A DNA stretch of 62,094 nucleotides from Alloascoidea hylecoeti (lineage: Eukaryota). The stretch lies in contig BCKZ01000010.1 in the NCBI GenBank assembly GCA_001600815.1, positions 556,142 through 618,235 on the forward strand. The letters are read 5' to 3'. Of the stretch, positions 1 to 11,395 are shown piece by piece. A program made the translations under genes and the position numbers. Within the stretch, counting starts at the first letter, position 1. Every line of letters starts with the position of its first letter. The notes below the pieces were generated by a model. It saw only the letters and a program-made list of their open reading frames with translations. It searched no databases and had not been told where the DNA came from.

Positions 1-1404
1 TCTTCAGTTTATGCACCAGCTATACCGACTTTAAAGAAGCAATTTCACGTATCAACTGAATTAATCAATTTGACTATTGTTGCATATTCTATTTTTCAAG
101 GTTTATCACCTAGTGTTTTTGCATCATTTGCTGATTCCTTTGGTAGAAGACCTGTTGTTGCTGTTTGTTATACTATTTATATCGTTGCTAACATTGGATT
201 AGCTCGTACAAATGTTTATTGGTTATTGTTTGTATTGAGATGTCTTCAAGCGACAGGTATTGCTTCAGCCATATCAATTGGTGCTGGCATAATTGGTGAT
301 ATAACAACGCGATCCAATAGAGGAACGTATATGAGTATTTTCAGTGGTATTACGATCATTGCAGTTGCCTTTGGGCCATTAATGGGAGGTGCTTTATCCA
401 ACAATCTTGGTTGGAGATCAATATTTTGGTTCCTTTGTATTTCAAGTGGATGCTTTTTCATATTTAGTATCTTTGTACTACCAGAAACCAAAAGAGCAAT
501 TGTTGGAAATGGATCGATTAAACCAAAACATTGGTGGTGCAGAGCGCCAATAATGTATATTTCAAGGTTTAGAAATAGAACATCTTTTTCAAATCCAAAT
601 TTCATTCCTGATTATGACTCTTTAGATCCACCCAGAAAACTTAATATATTTATGCCGTTCTTACTATTAACAAATTTACAAATTGTTTTCGTTCTGGTTC
701 CTGTTTCATTATACAATGCTGGCTGGACAATGGCAATAACTCAGACTTCAACATTGTTGAGTACAAATTATAATTATAATACTCTTCAAGTTGGGCTTTG
801 TTATATTGCAAGTGGTATGGGTAGTCTAATTGGTAGTGTTTCAGCTGGTCCGGTTTTAGATAGATATTATAAAAAATGTAAAGATATTCATATAATTGAA
901 TTAAATAAGTATAAACAATTAGCAGATATTGAAAAACAAGGTGTTGAAGAACCATTTTTTAATATTTATAAAGCAAGACTGATGATGAATATTTTCCCGT
1001 CTATACTTGTTTCTTTATCTTTTATATTACTTGGCTGGACAATTGAATATAAAGTTCACATTTCAGTACCATTGATTGCACTATTTTTGTCATCCTTTGG
1101 TGTTTGTTATTTCATGTCAACAACTTCAACTCTACTTGTTGATTTATATCCTCAATCTTCATCATCTGCTTCTGCAACATACAATTTATCTAGATGTTTA
1201 ATGGTTGCTGTTGGAGTTGCTGTTGTTGATAAAATGTGCAGTTCTTTGGGATCTGGTGGAGCATTTACTTTAATTGCAGGAATATGCTTTTTGTCTGTTG
1301 GTTTGATTTATTGGCAAATTTGGATAGCACCTAAATGGGATTCAGATGCAAAAAAGAAATCAAATCTTAATGAAAATTCTCATGCTCATGATGGATTAAA
1401 ATAA
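1..1404 (+). CDS. MFS drug:H+ antiporter (DHA1, QDR/AQR1-like), 5'-truncated by the window edge
   Basis: Frame 1 is open from base 1 (SSVYAPAIPTLKKQFHVSTELINLTIVAY...). Contains MFS motif A 'ADSFGRRP', 'LRCLQA', 'GPLMGG', 'WRSIFW' and 'LPET', with many hydrophobic segments. Close paralog of 6707..8575. Confidence 0.93.
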   Translation, partial: SSVYAPAIPTLKKQFHVSTELINLTIVAYSIFQGLSPSVFASFADSFGRRPVVAVCYTIYIVANIGLARTNVYWLLFVLRCLQATGIASAISIGAGIIGDITTRSNRGTYMSIFSGITIIAVAFGPLMGGALSNNLGWRSIFWFLCISSGCFFIFSIFVLPETKRAIVGNGSIKPKHWWCRAPIMYISRFRNRTSFSNPNFIPDYDSLDPPRKLNIFMPFLLLTNLQIVFVLVPVSLYNAGWTMAITQTSTLLSTNYNYNTLQVGLCYIASGMGSLIGSVSAGPVLDRYYKKCKDIHIIELNKYKQLADIEKQGVEEPFFNIYKARLMMNIFPSILVSLSFILLGWTIEYKVHISVPLIALFLSSFGVCYFMSTTSTLLVDLYPQSSSSASATYNLSRCLMVAVGVAVVDKMCSSLGSGGAFTLIAGICFLSVGLIYWQIWIAPKWDSDAKKKSNLNENSHAHDGLK

Positions 1405-1586
1405 AATAATATACCTATTGATCATATGATATATAAAATGTTGTACTGGTGTATGGTGGTTATAAGTCTTGTAAGTACAACAATTTCATACTGGTACCGG
1501 AATAAAAAAACAACTTCATATCGACTTAACTATAAATTCTATAATTACAATTGCAAAGTCATGTACTCATATATTCAAATCTAGAT

Positions 1587-3422
1587 TTAAAATAATAACC
1601 CTTCGTAAGGAGGTGTAGGTTCAAACTCATTAATATCATATTTATCTTGTTCAATTTCATCATAGGATGGAACCCGTGACAAATTCACTGGATCTAAAGC
1701 TGATCTGGAAATCTCATGACCACGGTTATCATCAGGCGCAGTCGATGAAATATCGCTTAGAGTCGACACCAGACTTAAGTTTTCATTTGAACTAAAGTTG
1801 CTGAGGGATGATTCAGAAGTTATTAATTCAGCGATGTTTAAATTTGAGCCATTTGCAACAGTATTGAAACATCTGGACATTGGATTCCGGGCAGCCTCCT
1901 CTCTTGCATTATTAATAGAGTTTTCAGGACAATCACAATGAGTGCCAGATAAATTAATAGTATCATTCTCAAAATTAGATCTTGGTATGAGCCTATTGTC
2001 CAGTGTAGCTCTGGCACTGTCTAAGCCGATAGCTGCGTCATCTAACCTTTTATCGTATATGTAATTGGAGTATGGTGGTGGAAAAGATCTATATTTTTGT
2101 AGGTCTTGAAGCTGAAATCGCGATGAATTGGCGCTTATATTGCAATTTCTATTTGGGAAAACTGTTTCCGTTATAATATTCTTCAACCTTTCGAAATTAT
2201 CTTCTTTGTCATTAATATTATCCAAATCTACCAAACACTGCTCAGGGTCAATCGGTGCCATAATAGATATTTCTGGTGATATAAATAATGAAAAAGTCAG
2301 TCCTGTTAGTATTTCCGAGATATGACCATCTGGGTTTAGTAGTGAAATGATGAATTTTAAATTATGTCGTACTTTAATATTAGTTGATATATTACAATCA
2401 GGACTACATTTAAGTAAAGTTGGGGGTATTTCGATGGTAGCGTTTATGTTCCATCTGTCGGAAAAATCGTTTAAACTTGAATTGTCACGTATTTCATTGA
2501 TAATATCTAAATCTCCGTTGACATCTTCTGGTGGCGGCAAAATAAGTGATGAAACCACCCTTTCTTCTTCGTATAAACTTGTATGTGTTGGGTTTATTGT
2601 TATTTTCTCTAGTAATTTAACCTTTATATTACCAAGTTTGAGCCCCTTTAATAATGGAACAACTGATATACTAAAGGGTATTCCTGATCCAATAGCAGCC
2701 ATTTTGTTCGGCACAGAAACTGAATAATCTGCTTTCTCGGGCCATGTATTAGACATACCCATTGGAATTAGAGATTCTATGTCATCGGATACTGGAGGTG
2801 GAGTATGAATGATTCTAAAATGTTTTCTTGTTGTTAAATCAGGTGAAAACAAACCACGTTCAATAATAGCTTCAATATTATAAATGACTGCAAATGATTT
2901 TTGACCTTCAATTGACTCAGGAATACTTCCTTTGAGTGGGACTTGGAAAGGAAATTCATAGTTTCCTTTAGAATAAGTATGCGCTAATAAATGTGTATTC
3001 ATATCGGCAATATTTGAAGTAGAAGAACTTTTGGAGGATAGTAGTTCATATCCTTTTATCCCAGCTTTCCTTATACATTTCTGATTTTGGAATTGATGAC
3101 TTGAACTTAGGGATTTTACCTCTTGATAATATAAAAGTTTGGTAATATCCACTGGTAGATTGAAATCCTTAATGTTTGGAATATCAATATTAGTGGAACA
3201 TTTTACTCTTAATACTCCGTTTATTTTCAATCTAATATTTTTTATAGTCATCGGTTTTGATAGTGAAAGAACAATTGATCCTTTTAACTGGACATTATTC
3301 TTAGATTCATTTCCATCAACAACAATTATATCTCGATCTGAATTTTTCAGTCTAATTTGAAACAATAAAACATCTGATTGCTTACCCCCAGCTACTAATT
3401 GTTTGTGTTCTTTAGTTCGCAT
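1587..3422 (-). CDS. Alpha-arrestin (Rsp5 adaptor), Rod1/Rog3/CreD-like
   Basis: Arrestin-N motifs 'GNYEFPF...GSIPESIEG' and 'NTWPEK.DY'; arrestin-C motif 'IKVRHNLKF...NPDGHISE'; PY motifs PPPY, VPSY and TPPY. Confidence 0.88.
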   Translation of the reverse strand: MRTKEHKQLVAGGKQSDVLLFQIRLKNSDRDIIVVDGNESKNNVQLKGSIVLSLSKPMTIKNIRLKINGVLRVKCSTNIDIPNIKDFNLPVDITKLLYYQEVKSLSSSHQFQNQKCIRKAGIKGYELLSSKSSSTSNIADMNTHLLAHTYSKGNYEFPFQVPLKGSIPESIEGQKSFAVIYNIEAIIERGLFSPDLTTRKHFRIIHTPPPVSDDIESLIPMGMSNTWPEKADYSVSVPNKMAAIGSGIPFSISVVPLLKGLKLGNIKVKLLEKITINPTHTSLYEEERVVSSLILPPPEDVNGDLDIINEIRDNSSLNDFSDRWNINATIEIPPTLLKCSPDCNISTNIKVRHNLKFIISLLNPDGHISEILTGLTFSLFISPEISIMAPIDPEQCLVDLDNINDKEDNFERLKNIITETVFPNRNCNISANSSRFQLQDLQKYRSFPPPYSNYIYDKRLDDAAIGLDSARATLDNRLIPRSNFENDTINLSGTHCDCPENSINNAREEAARNPMSRCFNTVANGSNLNIAELITSESSLSNFSSNENLSLVSTLSDISSTAPDDNRGHEISRSALDPVNLSRVPSYDEIEQDKYDINEFEPTPPYEGLLF

Positions 3423-4269
3423 TTGTTTACAATATACAACCTTCGTGGAAAATGTGATAGAATTTATGTTCCTTATATAGATCTTTAAATTTATAATTCA
3501 TTTACTTTGAGTTCTTCATAAAAGAGAGGAATAAGGATTATTTATATATGACTCTAGATAAGACCTGTATACAATTAATTATAAACTTTTAATTATAATT
3601 TACTGATATACTATAGCTAAATATATGCTAGTGAAAGACCTAGGACATTTCATTCTGTTTTGGGGTGCCCGTCTTGTGATTGTAGCATTCCTACATCAAA
3701 TATTTAGGCCGTATTTTGAATTCCTGTAAAGGAAAGGATCCCGCATTGATATTACATTTAACCATAGCGTTTGATCCATACCTATTTATCTAATATTAAT
3801 ATTCCGGACAGTATCACTCACATTGCGATTAATAAATTGCAATATATTGATACCTGTTGACGTCACTATAACTACTGACACTACAAATATATTATACTCT
3901 TTATGATCAGAAGTTCTCAAATTATATCGGACCTGAATATACAGTATATTTTATGGTATTAAAGCAACTCTTGTTTATACTATATATATTTATTTTGTAA
4001 TTAGGTGTTTTGTTCAGTGTTGCATATGCTCCAACTATAGCTAGTAGCTACGTATACTGATCGTAATACAAGACATAGCTTATACCTGTAGTATACTGGC
4101 TATATTCTAGTATCTACATATTGGATGTCACAAGAATTTAAATTCAGGTTCAAACTAGCCGTAGTGAAAAAGAAAATCTTATCCCGTTAATTAGACCATT
4201 AAATTGTGGAGTGATATAATTAATTATAAATATTATTAATAGATAAGTTAATTAAATATACTGCTGTGA

Positions 4270-4425
4270 CCGGAACAATTAGTATATTGAAGTCTCGAAT
4301 TAATTGTATTTGTGCCGGAACAATTAATGTTACCTTTTTAATTTAACTATATGTGGCCGGAACAATTAATATTGAAGTTTCATTGTTTCAATTTAAAATT
4401 TCAATATATGTAACCGGAACAATTA
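4270..4425 (+). repeat. Array of four exact CCGGAACAATTA 12-mers
   Basis: Copies at 4270-4281, 4315-4326, 4357-4368 and 4414-4425 (start-to-start spacing 45, 42, 57 bp), each closely preceded by TGT. Confidence 0.9.
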
Positions 4426-4816
4426 TTATGACATATGCATATATGCACATACAATGTAAGCTTAAATAATAAGTTTTTCCGGCTAACGTTGTGCGATGAG
4501 CCAACAAATTGTGTTATACATAGTCAACTGAGGATTATAATTTCTGGGTATATTATTTTAATACATTATATAAATAATTATAAAATTGAAGCACCACTCG
4601 AGCTCAGTTGATCATGAACTCATCACAATTAGTTGTAACAGATTGCGCCATGAAGAAACAGGCCCTGTTTATAAATATATCTCAGTAATAGCAATTCTTG
4701 ATTCATGAACGAAGATTTTGATATATGGGAAAAGTTTCTGTTAGAAGAATAGTGCTCAAGAAAAGGGAATAATTATAAGCTCTGGAACTACTTAAAGTAC
4801 TATATATATATGGTAC

Positions 4817-4848
4817 TAGAAGCGCTCTAACCATTGGGCTACCCAGCC
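4817..4848 (-). pseudogene. tRNA 5'-half-like relic (A-box, D-arm)
   Basis: Minus strand GGCTGGG-TA-GCCC-AATGGTTA-GAGC-G-CTTCTA parallels the tRNA-Arg in this window (GCCCGCG-TA-GCCT-AATGGTTA-GGGC-G-TCAGA-CTTCTA). No T-arm follows. Confidence 0.5.
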
Positions 4849-5983
4849 GATTTTTCGACCTAGTTAAGATTAGTGACTTAAAGTTCGATAAGATCTCATC
4901 GGAATATAGATTCACAAGTTCACAAAATGAATTTATTAGCTATGACGGCTAGTTCTATGCATGCAGGGTCATTGGAGGCTCATTTTTGAGTGTTTAGGAT
5001 CCGAAATATTTATTCACAATATTATATATCATAGTATATACTAATATAAAGCTACGCGTACGTATAATCAAGATATAGCTCCTATACAACGTAGTATAAA
5101 TTTATAAGGGGAAAATTAAGACAAATTTCTACAGCAGTATCTGATTCAAAATTACACAGAAACGTCTTCTGATGTATATGCTGTGTCATGGTTTACATAT
5201 GATAAATTGATATAGGCCTATATCGGTATATAGTACTGTCAAATATTTTATATGAGGTACCGGTTAGCTTGGGGTAAAAATCACTTTATTGAAATCATCT
5301 AAATTTAAAGTATATACGGTATTTAATAATCATACGACCATGATCCCACGGTTACGTAATTATAGGAACTATCATCATGACTTATGACCTATCATATATA
5401 TATACCCTATAGATATCGGTATACGTACATTAATATTTAAATGTAATTAATGGATATGGAAGAGCCATATGCTGTATAAAAAGAAGCCCGACCATACGTA
5501 TATCTAGTCGTGATATACAAGCTTAAGAAATGTTAAATTGCAATCATACGGATTAATATTCACACCCGGTTAGATTTTTAAAATTCATATATAATTCACA
5601 ATTAATTGGAAATTATTTTTCCGTTCTTATATTTATGCATATAAGGCTTAAACGGTAGGCGATCATGATCAGGTGTTACAACTTACAAGTACTATGAATC
5701 AAAGAGAAGCTGATTACCAGCTACATTTTTGGCTTTATATGTTCCCAAATAACATCACACGTCCTTAAATATTTTCTTCTAGTTTTTAAGAGCTTGGTTT
5801 CAATCGCGCTTGGGTTTGGAATCATTATTTCTGGTTGTAGTCAATATACTCCTGCTTCAACCTCAAGTTTCAATCTTTTCTGAGGAGAAATAACACCACT
5901 CAATCCCCCTAACGTTCATGATTAGCTTAATCATGCCAACTAGCTTTCTTATTCTATGGTTTGTTCATGTTCTGTTTCTTTTC

Positions 5984-6007
5984 GTGAGTGAGTGAGTGAG
6001 TGAGTGA
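5984..6007 (+). repeat. (GTGA)6 microsatellite
   Basis: Six perfect GTGA units. Confidence 0.9.
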
Positions 6008-6240
6008 GGTTGTCTAATTAGGGTAGTTTTAATCGACTCTGTTTGGTCATTTGGGCTCGTATCAAGATCTGGCTAGATGTTGTCGAAAGTGGAAATGTCA
6101 GATATATTAGAGCTTTATCTATGTTGAAATATCAATATTAATTTGTGTATAAGAGGTATTGTACAGTACTTTCGGAAAATTATCTATTTGATGTATACCA
6201 TATTTATATGGTAACGAATCAGAACCAACAGACACATAAT

Positions 6241-6429
6241 TTGGTAGAGAAGATATCGAAAAAGAGTGATTTAGGAATGTTACAAATTGCACTTCCCTGA
6301 GTTATTTTGAAAGGAGCTTCACATCGTTGGATTCGATAAATAATCGCTTTAAAAGTTAAATTAAGCGATGAAGAAATTAAATATTTAGAAGAACCTAATA
6401 TTCCACGTGCACCCAAAGGGATTATTTAA
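6241..6429 (+). pseudogene. 3' fragment of an aldo-keto reductase (YPL088W/AAD-like)
   Basis: Reads LVEKISKKSDLGMLQIALP*VILKG, then frameshifted IVGF, then IALKVKLSDEEIKYLEEP. This matches the AKR C-terminal pattern 'QIALAWVL.KG..PIVG...L.V.L..EEIKYLEEPY'. TGA at 6298-6300 replaces the conserved W. Confidence 0.75.
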
Positions 6430-6706
6430 TTGATACAGCTGGAATTTAATCTAAATTGAAAAACATACTCATAAATTACTTCAGCTATGGCTATAGTTTT
6501 TTTTAATTAAGAATGGTGGTTTTAACAGTCGTTATATGTAGGTGTATTACTAATAAGGCCTTGCAAACTGTATCTCGGCAATAATACCGTTAAAAACCGA
6601 GAATAAATCTCACCCACCAACCACACATCTCTATTTATTCAGTAAGGAGATCGGAAAATTTCTCGAGAAAAATCAATAGAAATTTCAATAAGTATCTCCA
6701 GAACAT

Positions 6707-8575
6707 ATGAAGTCACAACTGTCATTATCATCACGATCACCTGGCTCAAATGCACTAGAAAATGGTGATGAGGTACCCCAAACTTTAAGTCATCTGGATA
6801 ACCATTATGTTGAGTCAAACAATAACAAAGATAATGCAAAAGGAAGCAGTAGAGAAATTTTACAGCCTGGGAATATTAATGGGGGTGAGGCAAAACTACG
6901 ATTGATAAGAACCATTAGTGCTGGAATGTCCCTAGAAAATTCAGCTGATGTTGCTGCTGTTTTGATGACAGATCTGGGCCATGACGAAGAAGAAGATGAT
7001 GATGATCAAATAGAGGAACTTAAAAAAGATACGACATCATATACGATATTTGTAAGAGGTGAGTTATGGCTAATTTGTATTACTGCGGCATCATTTGCAT
7101 TCTTTTCAACAATTTCATCACCAATTTATGTCCCTGCAATTCCAGTTTTCAAAGATCATTTTCATGTTTCGACTGAGTTGATTAATTTAACGATCGTCGT
7201 ATATTCTATTTTTCAAGGCTTAACACCTGGTATATTTGCTTCGATTGCAGATATATTTGGTAGAAGACCAGTTGTTGCAATTTGTTATATTATTTATATA
7301 ATTGCAGATATTGGACTAGCTGTCACAAATGTTTATTGGCTGTTATTTGTATTAAGATGTGTTCAAGCTGCTGGGATTGCGTCTTCTGTGTCTATAGGCG
7401 CTGGAATTGTTGGTGACATCACAACTAGATCAAACAGAGGTTCATATATGGGTGTTTTCAGTGGATTTAGTGTTATGGGAAATGCATTCGGGCCTTTGAT
7501 TGGTGGTGCATTAACTGAAAGCCTTGGATGGCGGGCGATATTTTGGTTCCTTGCTATTGCCAGTGGGTGTTTTTTCATATCTAGTATGTGCTTATTACCG
7601 GAAACAAAACGGTCGATAGTTGGAAATGGATCAATAAAACCTAAGAATTGGTGGAGTAAGGCACCTATAATGTATTTGCCTCGTTTCAGTGACAGAACAT
7701 CATTTAATAAATCAATTAATAATAATGTTATTGATAATTCGAGCCTTGAACCACCAAAGAATCTCAATATTTTAATGCCTTTTCTTTTGTGTAAAAACAT
7801 ACCAGTTTTATTGACTCTAACACCAGTATCACTTCATTATTCTGCATGGTTCATGATGATCACAGCATCTTCAACTTTGTTGGATGAAAATTATGGGTTT
7901 AATACATTAAAGATTGGACTCTGTTTTCTTGCTACAGGGTTGGGAAGTTTAACAGGTAGTATTACAACTGGACCATTATTAGACTGGTATTATAAAAGGT
8001 GTAAAACAAAATATGCAGATGAGGTTAATGAATATCAACAACTATCAATCTCTGACAGACAAAATTCCGATATTGAAAAACCATATTTTAACATTTATAA
8101 AGCAAGGTTGAATCTATGTATTATACCATCAGCTTTCGTTTTTGCCGCACAAATTTTGTTTGGATGGACGATCGAATATAGTATATGTGTTGCATTACCA
8201 TTAATTGGTTCATTTGTTGTTGCATTTGGGAATAGTTATTATATTGCCATGACCACAACATTACTAGTTGATTTATACCCATGGGCTTCGTCATCTGCTT
8301 CTGCTACACTTAATATATTTAGATGTTTATTGGCAGCAGTTGGACTGGCGGTAGTTGATAGAATGTGTAAATCGCTTGGAGCCGGTGGAGCTTTTACATT
8401 ATTAGGAGGTATGTGCTTTTTTTCTAATGCTCTTATTTATTGGGAAGTTTGGAGAGCTCCTAAATGGGAATTGCAGAGAAGAAAAAAGCAGCAATTGGAA
8501 AAGTTAGAGAAGATAGAAAAAGATGAGAATTCTCATGGTCAAAATAATCAAGAAACTGAAAATAGGGCAACCTGA
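6707..8575 (+). CDS. MFS drug:H+ antiporter (DHA1, QDR/AQR1-like)
   Basis: 622-aa ORF with 'SSPIYVPAIP', 'ADIFGRRP', 'GPLIGG', 'WRAIFW', 'LPET' and 'TLLVDLYP'; multiple TM segments. Confidence 0.95.
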   Translation: MKSQLSLSSRSPGSNALENGDEVPQTLSHLDNHYVESNNNKDNAKGSSREILQPGNINGGEAKLRLIRTISAGMSLENSADVAAVLMTDLGHDEEEDDDDQIEELKKDTTSYTIFVRGELWLICITAASFAFFSTISSPIYVPAIPVFKDHFHVSTELINLTIVVYSIFQGLTPGIFASIADIFGRRPVVAICYIIYIIADIGLAVTNVYWLLFVLRCVQAAGIASSVSIGAGIVGDITTRSNRGSYMGVFSGFSVMGNAFGPLIGGALTESLGWRAIFWFLAIASGCFFISSMCLLPETKRSIVGNGSIKPKNWWSKAPIMYLPRFSDRTSFNKSINNNVIDNSSLEPPKNLNILMPFLLCKNIPVLLTLTPVSLHYSAWFMMITASSTLLDENYGFNTLKIGLCFLATGLGSLTGSITTGPLLDWYYKRCKTKYADEVNEYQQLSISDRQNSDIEKPYFNIYKARLNLCIIPSAFVFAAQILFGWTIEYSICVALPLIGSFVVAFGNSYYIAMTTTLLVDLYPWASSSASATLNIFRCLLAAVGLAVVDRMCKSLGAGGAFTLLGGMCFFSNALIYWEVWRAPKWELQRRKKQQLEKLEKIEKDENSHGQNNQETENRAT

Positions 8576-8648
8576 GTAGAAATATTAATATTGTAACCCC
8601 ATGGGGGTCTACCTCTAACAAATATTATGAATATATTATATTAATTAC

Positions 8649-9077
8649 TTATTTCCTACTCCCTTGTGTTTTAACAGGGGTAGTATTCTCGCTGTAATTG
8701 TCAGTAGCTGAATCTAAAGGTAATGCACAGAGTGTGTCTGTTGTGTCTTGTGGTGCAACTTCTGGTTTAATTGATTCGGATTTTGTTCGAGAAGTTGAGG
8801 TTTTATTATTATGGACAGGAATTGGTTGAGATTGAAGTTGTTCGTTTGAAACGGTTACATAATCTGCAGCTTCAACTTCTTCTAGCAGCGTGTGCATTTT
8901 GAATTTGTAAATTTTAACTAAAGTTGATAAATCATCAATTTTTGTATTCAATTCATTGAGTCTTTCCTCTACTTTTAATGCTTCTTGGTTTTGGTAAACA
9001 TTGGTTAATGCATTTTCAGTTGAAGTTGATTTTGAACCTGTATTTGTAATAGATGATCTAATATCTTCTAGTGAATA
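8649..9077 (-). other. Open frame lacking an ATG at its 5' end (last exon or relic of a coiled-coil, S/T-rich protein)
   Basis: The frame stays open upstream of the listed ORF (YSLEDIRSS...EERLNELNTKIDDL...) up to a TAA at 9078-9080. Further coding-like fragments occur at 9240-9370. Confidence 0.35.
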
Positions 9078-9789
9078 TTAATATATAGGATTATACTGGA
9101 TTGAAGTATCAAAATATGGGATGATACAGCAGTAGAGTAATATTTTATATAGAATTGAATTAAAACTAATGACCAAATTTCTGGTGATCATGAAGATTCC
9201 CAGAATCTCTGGAAATATACCTAGACCTATTTATATCGAAATTCTACTTGATTTTGTAACTTTTCTCAATTGTAATATTATTATAATTTGGCTTCCTCAC
9301 TTTCTTTTAAATTCTCAGCCAATTATTTCGATGTCTGTTCTCGATTCTTGGTTCCAAAATTCTTTGAAATAATTAGTGATGTAGTAATGCGACACAATAC
9401 CGTCGGAATACCGTTGAGGTGCTCGCTAATTATTGATCGAATCGGGTTGCGATGATCAATTTGGATGAACATGAAAGAACCAATTGTCCAGTATTAAGAC
9501 CACTCTATTTGTTCAGTATTAACCATGGCCCAATCAGGTGGACATTTACTCATATTACCTAATCAATCCTAATTAAAGATAGTGTGATAGCGCGTGCTAG
9601 ATAAGCAAACGTTTATATATGACAAATTGGGAAACCCTCGAGGATTATTTAAATCCAGTTTTCTTGAACTTTAAAATTTTCTTTCTAAGTTTTTGGGATC
9701 TCAAACGTAAACTTAATTGGTTTCTATTACTTGTTTACCACTGACTAGCTATTTAACACAAACATACGATTATCATCAACAAAAATATA

Positions 9790-11372
9790 ATGATCATTCC
9801 AGAAATCAAAACGGTAGCGGTTATAGGTATGTTCCAGCGTTTGTATTCAATTCATGTATCGCATGCCAGCTAAAACACCACAGGCTAAAACTAACAATTC
9901 TGTTATTAGGAGCTGGACCATCCGGTGCAAGTATCACCAAGGCTCTTATTGCTGAGAATCATTTCACAAAGGTCAAGGTTTTTGAAAAGCGTTTGGCAAC
10001 CGGCGGTCTTTGGAACTATACAGCAGAATCTGATTTATCCCCAATACCATCTACTGATCCAAATTTCACTTTCAAACCAATCTTAACAAAAGAATCAAAG
10101 GTAATTTGGTCAAGTCCAATGTATACGGAACTTGATACAAATGTTCCAATTTCCGTGATGGCTTATGAGAACTTCCCCTTTGATCCAAGTCTACCGTTAT
10201 TTGCTGAAAGAACTGATGTCTTAAGCTATATGAGATCATATGCAAAAGATATTGAATCATTGGTAAGTTTCGATACCTACGTTACTGGTATAAGAAAAAC
10301 AAAGGATAATTTAAGATGGATAATCTCTTCAAAATCGGCATCATCCTTAGAAACATCCAATCCCGCAATAAATCCAAATATTTCCGAAAACGATAAAGAA
10401 CCAGTAGATGAAGAAATATTTGATGCTATTGCAATTGCAGCAGGTTCTTATGATGTTCCATTTATACCAGATAAACCAGGGCTTAAAGAATGGAGCTCAA
10501 AATCCCCTGGTTCAATTCAACATGCTAGATCTTATAGATCACCTGACAAATATGATAATAAAAAAGTATTGGTAATTGGAAATTCAGCAAGTGGTGCAGA
10601 TTTATCATTTCAAATAGTTCAGCGGCCGGGAACAATAGTTTATAAATCAATACGAAGCGAGAATCTATTACCAAATCCAAATGATTCAAAAATCATTGAT
10701 ATGCCTGATATTAAATCATTTCATTATGAATATGATAACAGTTCAGCTGAAGTTAATGACGAAAAGAAATTGAAACGAGTTGTTCGTTTTGTGAATGATG
10801 AAATTGTATCAGATATTGATATAGTATTATTCGCTACAGGTTATCTTAAATCATTGCCATTCTTATCATCATTACCTTATATTACAGATGGTAGAAGAGT
10901 TCATAATCTGTATAAACAATTGATATCTCATCAGGATCCAACAATTGCAATATTAGGTTTGCCAAGATTCGTTTTACCAACAAGATTATCTGAATCACAG
11001 GCATGCTATTTAGCAAGAGTTTGGAGTCATAGAATCTCATTACCAGAACAATCAGAAATGATTAAATGGGAAAATGATAGAGTTTTAAAAATTGGTGATG
11101 GTAAAGAATTTCATGATTTACAATATCCCGAAGATTGTAACTATTGTGATGATCTTCTAAAAGATATTAAAAATTCAAAAGGTGACTATGGTTTATGGCC
11201 TGTTGAATGGACTCCTGAAAGGAGAAAATTAAGATCTGTTTGTAAATTATTGAAAGAAAGTTTTACAAATTATAGAGTGAAGACTGGTATTAAGGCTCAT
11301 AGTATTGATGAATTGATTAAAGCTGGTTATTTCAACTGGCCAGGAGAAGAAAAAGGCCAATCTGATAATTAA
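9790..11372 (+). CDS. FMO1: Flavin-containing monooxygenase; exons 9790-9826 and 9910-11372 (499 aa)
   Basis: Splicing out the 83-nt intron 9827-9909 (GTATGT...AACTAAC...TAG) gives MIIPEIKTVAVIGAGPSG (FAD GxGxxG). Also GGLWNY, FMO-motif-like 'PGSIQHARSY', NADPH-binding 'IGNSASG' and 'FATGY'. Confidence 0.92.
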
Positions 11373-11395
11373 TTAATTAAATAATATTCTCCCTT

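Noticed and set aside
4270..4425. CRISPR-like repeat-spacer appearance
   Set aside because: The repeat is only 12 bp, the spacers are related to each other and uneven, there are no cas genes, and the context is eukaryotic.
9717..9909. N-terminal 60+ residues of the listed 551-aa FMO ORF
   Set aside because: TTG start and read-through of an intron. The spliced model from ATG 9790 restores the canonical VAVIGAGPSG.
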